A stretch of 60,243 nucleotides of DNA, the filler included, from Sluysia triapertura (lineage: Eukaryota): the NCBI GenBank assembly GCA_046118255.1. It is 5 parts of 5 records of this genome, joined end to end, with 100 filler letters (N's around TTAATTAATTAA, not from the genome) between each part and the next. Parts side by side here need not be neighbours in the genome. Positions count along the whole stretch, not along the records: positions 48,293 to 60,243 come from JBJNIA010153383.1; 4 more parts are not named here. One strand, given 5' to 3'. The position numbers and the translations under genes are program-made. The notes beneath the pieces are model-generated. The model did no database searches and was not told where the DNA came from. It worked only from the letters and a program-made list of their open reading frames with translations. Within the stretch, counting starts at the first letter, position 1. The number at the start of each line of letters is the position of its first letter. Shown here in pieces: positions 52,174 through 60,243 of the stretch.

Positions 52174-55100
52174 GTTTAGATAACACTGGAGATAATGCAA
52201 GGTCGTCAATATTATCGATCGATTCGATCAAAACAGAGTAATCATTAAAATCCGGAAACTCACTAGTCAAGGATACATACTGAGAATTGATTCTGGAAGT
52301 GTTATCGAAATATAAACCACCACCTGATGTTACATTCGTCATAGAACCAACTATGCTTGTATTGGACCGCTGCAAAACAGTAACCATGGCTTCTGCTTCA
52401 GCTAATTTCGCTCTAAATTATTCATTAAAAATAATCATATTTAGTTTAATTACATGAAACTCATATCGAATATACACCTAGGCCTCGATTTGTGCCTTTA
52501 GAAAAGTAATACCATTTTTTCTATTTTGATTCTGTAAATCAATTTGTCTAGACAGAAACCATATAATTAATGTATAATTAAACAATTCATTATAACATTT
52601 ATTTAAGTGAAACCGTGTTAATTTAGATTTAAAAATAAATTTTTATTTTTTTTGGAAATAAATAATTGAAAATCAATGAATAAAAGTCAGAATTTATAAT
52701 CTTCAGTAATAAAAATAGCGACAATACCAAAATGTAGCAAAGTTAACTGTATGTGGTAAGATACAAAATATAGGTTGTTATATGCACTCAAAAATGAACA
52801 TGGAAGAAAATATTAATTGTATTGTTAAAAAGTATCGTTAAAATGTCAATTAAATAAAATATCACAATATCAAAATTCATATTTCAATAACTTTCATGTT
52901 AAGGATAATTGACGACAAAAACGAAAATTGAACTAAACATTTACTAAATTTAACAAAACTTACAACCGTTGACCATGGATGTGAAATGCATCAAAATGTA
53001 TTAATATTCTATTGTTAAATCAACTAGTTCAAAATAGAAAATTATGATTTAGTGCATATTAATGATGTAAAGCTAATTATTTTGATAAATTCAGAACGAA
53101 AAACTGTTCGGGATCACTTATCCTAATTTTATGGAACTCAAATCTTGGATTTATTCTAGTTAATTTCTTTACACTTAATTTCATTGTACCATAGTTTTCT
53201 TAATTAACTGAAATTGAACAAAGCGAAGCCTTATTACTCTAATACTTTTCATTAATCTACTTGATACTGGAATTCTTTTGTGCTTAAAGATTCTGACTCT
53301 GAAAAATAATTTTCTTTTGATTTTAATCCCTGTTGAGGTATTTCATGTTTAAAAACCGACGCTATTATATTGTAATTATTTTTCTAAATTATTTTCGGAT
53401 TTGACTTTACATAACTAGTTTTGTTTTTCATTTTTATTTATTTGTGGTAATTCTCCACTTGTGTTGGTATAATCATGTGTTTTTTAATTGATCTTATTTA
53501 ATTTAGTAATACTACTTTCATTCGAAATTAAATTGATTTAAATTTTAACTTTTCCAGTATGGTACCTGCAATCTATTTTAATCTATTTTAATCTGAAAAT
53601 TTACAAGGCTATTCATAGATTGTACTTTTCTTAGTTTAACACGAAAGTTAATGTCTTTATTTATTGAAATTACTGCTCAGGTATTCACGAATGCAATAAG
53701 TAATTTATCGTTTATTCTAACTGTACCTGTATTATAACTATAATTTTCACAGAAAGATCGGGATACATTTCCATTTATGTTTATTATTGTTTAAAATGCT
53801 GAGCCTTTTTTCAGGATCATTATTATTTTGATTTTCACAATTATGAGAATTAATTCTAAAGAATTAATTTAGTTTGAATTGCGATGTTGCGTGATGATGA
53901 AATTTGAAACATCCGAATATTAGTTTCCACGTAAAATCAGAAATTTTGTGCATTCCTAAAACAAATAAGACGTGAAGTAATACTAGAATCAGTGCTTGCA
54001 AAATGATATAAATGGTTATTAATCGGATCACGAAGAAACATTTCCACATTTGTTTTAAAACGTCTAGTGATACCTAAAAGTAATTTTGTCGCTTCTATCT
54101 ACAACTGCTTTAATAAAATGTCAGTTAAAATTGATTTTTTATTTGGGACAGATTTCATCATTGCCGTTTAATTTTATATAATCATGCACATTATTTTCTC
54201 GGCGGGCGATGCGACGATGAAATCAATAGATTATCGTTTCGATATTTTACTGCCATTCATTAATACAACCTCTCAATCTTCGAATGGTTAATTCTAATTT
54301 TTTTACATTCTTCACCAATTAATCTTCTAAATATTTTTGCTTGTAACGTAACTAAGCCCGAATTAGTGAGTTATGATGTATATTTGGGTCATGAAATATC
54401 TTACTTAATGGCAATCCATGCTATAATTATTTGATGCATTGTTCCTATTAGTACAATATGTTATTGTTATTAAAGAACTTCATACTAAAGGAAACAAGCA
54501 CAAAACCGCAAGAAACTTATTTTCAAGCCTAATGTTAAGAAGCACAAACAAACTAACAATCAACAATTTGCATTAATGAAATAATTCATACGTTCCAAAT
54601 TCAAGTTCTTGCGAACCAATAGGCAAGAAATGTATAAAATCTCATAAAATATGACATTTCAAATGTCATCGATTTAATTTTTGTTGGTGCTTCTTAGAAC
54701 CAATCTGGATGCAAATCGAGGCCTGTGTGTATGTGTGTGTGTTTTATGAAGATTAACATAAAACATAGACATATTTGTAATAACCTTAAATCTTCTACTT
54801 CTTTAGTATATTTTTCAACAACGTTCATAATCTCCTCTGATTCTAGATCTAATAATCCAAGTTCATCGACAGATGATCCTTGCTTCTTAAGTTTCCACAA
54901 AAAGCTTTCTTTTTCGGCTAATATTTGAGCGTTTCTTGCCTTTAGAAAATTTAATATAAGATAAGCAAATAATAGTTATATATTATATAATAGATTTTTT
55001 GAATATTATTGATATAATCTTAAATTTTTCATGTATCATAAAGAAATTTTAAAAGATATTGGAAATAATTAATTTTGTCAATACGAGAATATTACAATAT

Positions 55101-56071
55101 CGGTATTTTAAACGATATAATTTAAAACAGAAATTTCCAGTAGGACCAAAATTATTTTTCACAAATTTTGGGTTCCTAAATGTGTTGAAGATTATAATTT
55201 CGAATTTAATTAATTTAATAGTGCACCACGTAGTGCTACTGTAAGAAAATTATTTTCATATTTTAATCCCAAAATTCAACTAATTTCAAAAAACACCAAT
55301 CTGAAGGATTATGTATGAATAAATTTCTGATTGTATTTTAGCTTTTACTGTCAAATAATTATTCCTATTTTAAGTTAATCAATAATGAACAAGGTGCCAT
55401 AGTTCTTAAAAGGTTAGAAAATATTAACAAGATTATTTACAATATTTACAATATTAACAAGAAAAATCAAATACTTCAGTTAAATATGATATTAAACATC
55501 ATCTTATGACTATTTTCTAAAAAGTTTTCATTGTATTACACAAAATCTCGCCATTGTTTAATCATCATATAAACGGAAACATTTTCTTGTATAAATATAT
55601 GATAGTTATAAATATTTGGATATTAAAATACTTCAAAACTTTGATTTTTCTTAGTCAGAAACGATTTATAATAGATATAGGCGATTTCTTCAGTAATGAA
55701 ATGTTAGTTTACATTTTAAAAGATACTTTGAAACTTAAAATAAAAAACAGTATTCGTGAAACTTAAATCAAGATTAGACAATAATTAGTTCTAATTTTAA
55801 TAATTGGATTATAAGAAATTAACCTAATAAATAAGATATATAATTACCATTTGGATATCATTTAATAATTCGACGTTTAAATAATAATAATTATTATTAT
55901 ATAATAATGATAATAATAATAATAATCATGAATATAAGAAACCTTTAAGGAATCTATTGTAGTTGATAGAGCTTTTATTTTAGCACGCAAGTTTTGATTT
56001 TCTGATTGCAACATTCCATTTTCAGAATACAAATCACTAACACCTTCTTCAATATCGGCATTTCTTTTACC
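52174..56071 (-). CDS. KIF21: Kinesin-4 family KIF21A/B-like, coiled-coil stalk exons: 56071-55943, 54939-54785, 52412-52174 (partial gene)
   Basis: Phase-consistent GT-AG joins give GKRNADIEEGVSDLYSENGMLQSENQNLRAKIKALSTTIDSLK|ARNAQILAEKE...IMNVVEKYTKEVEDLR|AKLAEAEAM, matching the KIF21 post-motor region as I recall it (..ENAMLQTENNNLRVRIKA..YIKEIEDLRAKLLESEA). Confidence 0.85.
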
Positions 56072-56126
56072 CTAGATTAAATCATATTGAAATAAATTTT
56101 GATGTATTTAAAACAAGTATTATATA

Positions 56127-56755
56127 CAGTGAGACCTCTTTATAGCGAACAATCTAATAAACAAAAATATGTTATAGTATTTATTTTTTGAAACTTTCAA
56201 ATAATGCTTGATCCACTAAGCCTTCTTCTCCTGAAATATCTTTTGAGCTGATATTATGTATGCTTTTGAAACATTCAAACCATCCATTTGAAGCTTTAAA
56301 AGTATCATTTCCAATTGTAGTTGCAATTCGTAGTGCCATAGTTTTGTATCTTTTCTTAACAAACCAATCATATACTAAATTAACAATTTTTAAAGTGGAG
56401 AAGTTATTATAAACTCTTTAATGCATCTTTAAACTCATTTTTATTTACAGTATCCAATTTATTTTTATGACTCCAATAAGCATGTTAAATTTCGCTGCCA
56501 GATCTCTTTGAGAGTATAAAAATCCTTCATTTGATTTTTTGAATTTGATAAGCTGAATTTTTTTGGCAATTGTATAACTTTTCCTACTTTTTTTCTGATT
56601 ATTCCGCACTTTCATTTAAGGGTTGAAAAATATAAAGTAAATTTTAATAAAATGTAATATTAAAACAAAATGTTTTTTAGTTTATTTACATATTCTTGAA
56701 GCATTAATTCCATTTTCTCAAAAAATGTGGTGTTCATTATGTAATGGTCTGACTG
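56127..56755 (-). mobile_element. Internally deleted Tigger/pogo (CENP-B HTH) transposon in a KIF21 intron
   Basis: TA|CAGTGAGACC...GGTCTGACTG|TA termini; remnant MALRIATTIGNDTFKASNGWFECFKSIHNISSKDISGE and VYDWFVKKR. Confidence 0.88.
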
Positions 56756-58439
56756 TAATTATGAACGAAAGTTTAAACTACGACTTACGTTTTCAACAAA
56801 TTCCTTGTTCTTAAAAGTGAAACTCAAATACAAACAATTATTATTAGATATCTTAAAATTTCCTTTTATAAAATTTAACGAAATATCGAAACCTCCAAAA
56901 GTAAATGTAATGTTTTATTACTAAATATTAGTTTAAACAAAATGTTTCTATTTCCTTATTCGTTTAGTTAACCCTTTTTATATATGTGTTCATAAATAAT
57001 TATATAAGGAGATAATGAAATATTGTATTTAGCATTCTTATTCAAATCCAAACCAAAGAAATTGCAATAAACATTAATTGTTACAAGTGATGTTTAAGTT
57101 TATTCGAAACCGATTTATAAACTTAATTTGATTTTAATTAGTCTACTAAAATATCTATATTCAAATTTATTTTTAAGGTTTAACTGCAAAATTTTAAATC
57201 AGTTTATAATTAGCCATTTTATTTCTAAGAGACTAGTTCTGAATTTGACTCTAATGTTAAAAAAATTTTATAAAATCTTGTTTCAAATTGACCGAGTAAA
57301 ATTCACACAACAAAATTGAAACAAACTTTTGCAAAATTTAATGAGAAGCCACAAACCAAAAAAATATTTTATTGTTGTGGTGGGCCAAAATATTAAGTGT
57401 GTTATTCACCAATCATAAATAATGTACATATTAAACACTTACAAAATCACTTTTGACATTATTCATAACACAACGACTTTTATGTCTTCTCAAACCTTTA
57501 ACATACCTTAAAACCTTCAATACATTCTCATTTCACTATTTTGTTGTAATTATTCTCTTAGGTTTTGTCAACACTAGCATATACTTTAAATTAAATATTT
57601 AATACTTGGAAGGCGAGTCTACTTCGTTGCGAACTTACTCAATCAGCAACGTCATTTGGTGAATCTCACAGGGCTTTGGTAATTCAGTAAAATAAGCAAA
57701 AGATCAATTAACTCAGATTGTTACGTCTGAGAAGAAACAGTACAAAGTATTGCAACACAAACATTGTACATGCAATACCCTTAGTATTTATACAACACCG
57801 CTCTTTACGTAATCCGCGCTCCAGCGATAGACTATGAAAAGCGTTAGAGTACCTTACCTGCATACAATGTGTCAAAAGGATTCAAATGAATTTGTTATCA
57901 ATTTTATTAACATCAATTTTCTGCAATGTTTAAAACAAATTTTTTTATTTTAATAAAAATATGTATATTATTATAATTAATATACATAGTTATATATTTG
58001 TTTATTGTTATTTTTACTAGTATATTATATTTTTAAAAGGAAATTTTTATTAGAAAATAGAATTTTTATGCTTAGGGATGACTAATGAATTTTTGAAAAA
58101 ATTTATAAAATTTCATTTTGTTAGGTACGACAGATTTTCTAGCTCGTTAATGTCAAAAACAATTTTGAATCTGTATCTAGTTGAAAATAAAAAACTACTC
58201 CTCAGCACGATATGTTTAATTTTAGATCTAGTGGAGCTAGCACTGTTCAGTGACATGACAAAATTTCTAATTTTTTTAATTTGTTAATTTGTAAGAGACT
58301 TCTTGTTGATTATATGATTTGATTTGATTTAATTTAATTAATTAATCGTTTGTACATATAATTAAATGTTTACATAACAAAAAAAATTTAACTATACAAA
58401 AACATTAACATATTGTTTATTAGCAAACTATTTCATTAA

Positions 58440-58849
58440 CCCTTTAAGTACGGGTCACATAAATAAGCATAACTTCTGCGACAGCCTAATAGCCGAATAA
58501 CGCTTATTTCTTCTGCATATATGCTGAGTATGCGTTGTTTTTTATATTTGCGCTTGAATATCAGTTGTACGCAATATGATAGTATATTTTAGATTTGTTT
58601 GTATCACATCTACTCCGTACTTAGAATTATGGAAGTCCTAAACTATGATTATAGCCTAATAATTTATTAATCTCGTTGCCTCATTCTTTTTAGCCGTATT
58701 TCAATATTTTTCGAAGTCAGTTGTTACTTCTCGCAATGATGATGAAACAGTGATCGGCAGTTTTACTTGGCGAAATGTGAACAATTCTACAACGGATATT
58801 TTTGCGTCATGCGAGTGCGATATTGCGAAATATACCAGTACCGAAATGG
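58440..58849. mobile_element. Non-autonomous piggyBac-type element (MITE)
   Basis: TTAA|CCCTTTAAGTAC...GTACCGAAATGG|TTAA imperfect TIRs with TTAA on both sides; no ORF. Confidence 0.65.
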
Positions 58850-60243
58850 TTAATTAATTTCTTTTACGAGTTTTAATTTCTCAAAAGTTAAATTCAATTG
58901 TTAATCGTTACATTAATAATGGAACACATTTCTAAATCAGGAATTGTTTTCTATGGCCCACTAATATAATGTAATGAAAGAAGACATGGTTTAACAAGTG
59001 ATATTAAAAACTTTATTAAAGTTTATTAAAGTTACAAATATTTTTACGTGTTTAAAGTGTTTATTAAACTATATTATGAATTTAAACATAACATAAACTG
59101 AAAAATTAAATACACAAACTTTTATAGTATTCTGTAAATAAATAGAATGACAAATTCTACCTTTTTATCAACTTATTAAAATAACAAAACATTTGAATTT
59201 GAAATTTTGTTCTACAAGTAGCTTTAAAATTTTATTTTATATAAATTTAAATCGACCTCCAATTTAATATTGCATAAATATTTGATAAAGAATTATGAAT
59301 TATTGTCGATAAATTCATAACTTAGTGCAAAATTGTAACACTAAACGTAGTTTTTACTTTAAAAAATGCTATGAAATTACATTGCTTTATTATCATTTTA
59401 TAATATGACTTTCAATTTTATATATGAATAGGTGTAGATCAAACCTTGATACAATTAGTGTTAAATAAAGTTAGCATTTAATGAAATTTTTACTTAAATT
59501 AAATTTAACTAAATTTCCGTCATACAATAAATTTAGACATATTTTACAACCCTCTATTGCATACCATTCTTGATTAGGAGCTTCATTTCAAGTGTTCCAT
59601 AATTTAAAGAACTCAGCAATTTAGAAAATTATAAGTATACTAGTTCCATACAGTAAAATAATACTTTAAAATGTAGAAGACAAAACCTCTTTAAAAATAG
59701 AAACAAACTAATACAAACGTTTGGTGCCAAATATAGAAGAAATGGACATTTCTTAACCAAGATTGAATTGCCTTTTGTACCTGGTTGTGGAAAAAAATTG
59801 CTAGACAATTTTATATGTTTAGTACTATTGAATGGCTCCAAAAATTATCATTTCAATTACAAAATCTAAAATAACTGGCTTAAGAAATTCGTGGGTTTTT
59901 AGTTTTCGAAAATTATGCACTATTTTATGGACAACCTAAAAATAAGAATATTTCACAAACTGACTTTAGTATTGATAAATATTTAATAAAAGTTATTTTG
60001 CATAATAAGTCTTTTTAGATAAATTGTTTTCGTCTTACAATACAATACTTTAATTATAATTACTGATTAATTTTTAATATTTTAAAAGTATTAAATGTTT
60101 ATCATTATTCCTGGTGGAGATAATGCCGACAGTATTAAAATTTTCGTTATAGTATTATTTCACATACGTCATTTTTCATATTTGAATCTGAACCACAATG
60201 TCCTTTTCAATATAAAATTAATTCACATTATTTTTGTGCATTC

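Noticed and set aside
57850-57862. taccttacctg as a U1 snRNA 5' end
   Set aside because: No U1 stem-loops or Sm site follow.

Overview
Very AT-rich animal genomic DNA with spliceosomal introns and (AAT)n microsatellites; a free-living flatworm (planarian-like) origin is my inference, not something the sequence proves. Four artificial 44N-TTAATTAATTAA-44N linkers cut the window into five ~11-13 kb pieces that may be unrelated contigs. Host genes I can read: the last four exons of a phospholipase C-beta (PLCB4/norpA-like), a probably complete MARCH-type RINGv E3 ligase, the first exon(s) of an SLC37A3-like transporter and three stalk exons of a KIF21-like kinesin. The rest is largely decayed transposons: DD37D/maT mariner, piggyBac (element and MITE), hAT, Tigger/pogo, Helitron helicase, RLE-type LINE and a Gypsy LTR with a tRNA-Lys PBS. 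The most interesting unexplained signal is a dispersed ~50-nt hairpin motif, with five full copies and two short variants spread over three contigs. Its stems differ between copies but keep pairing, around a conserved CCCU(U)AAn(UG)-GUAAG loop, usually with a bulged A and an ACUCAC tail. It sits inside diverged ~1-kb AT-rich units with shared end motifs and is a candidate undescribed structured RNA (or ssDNA) element.
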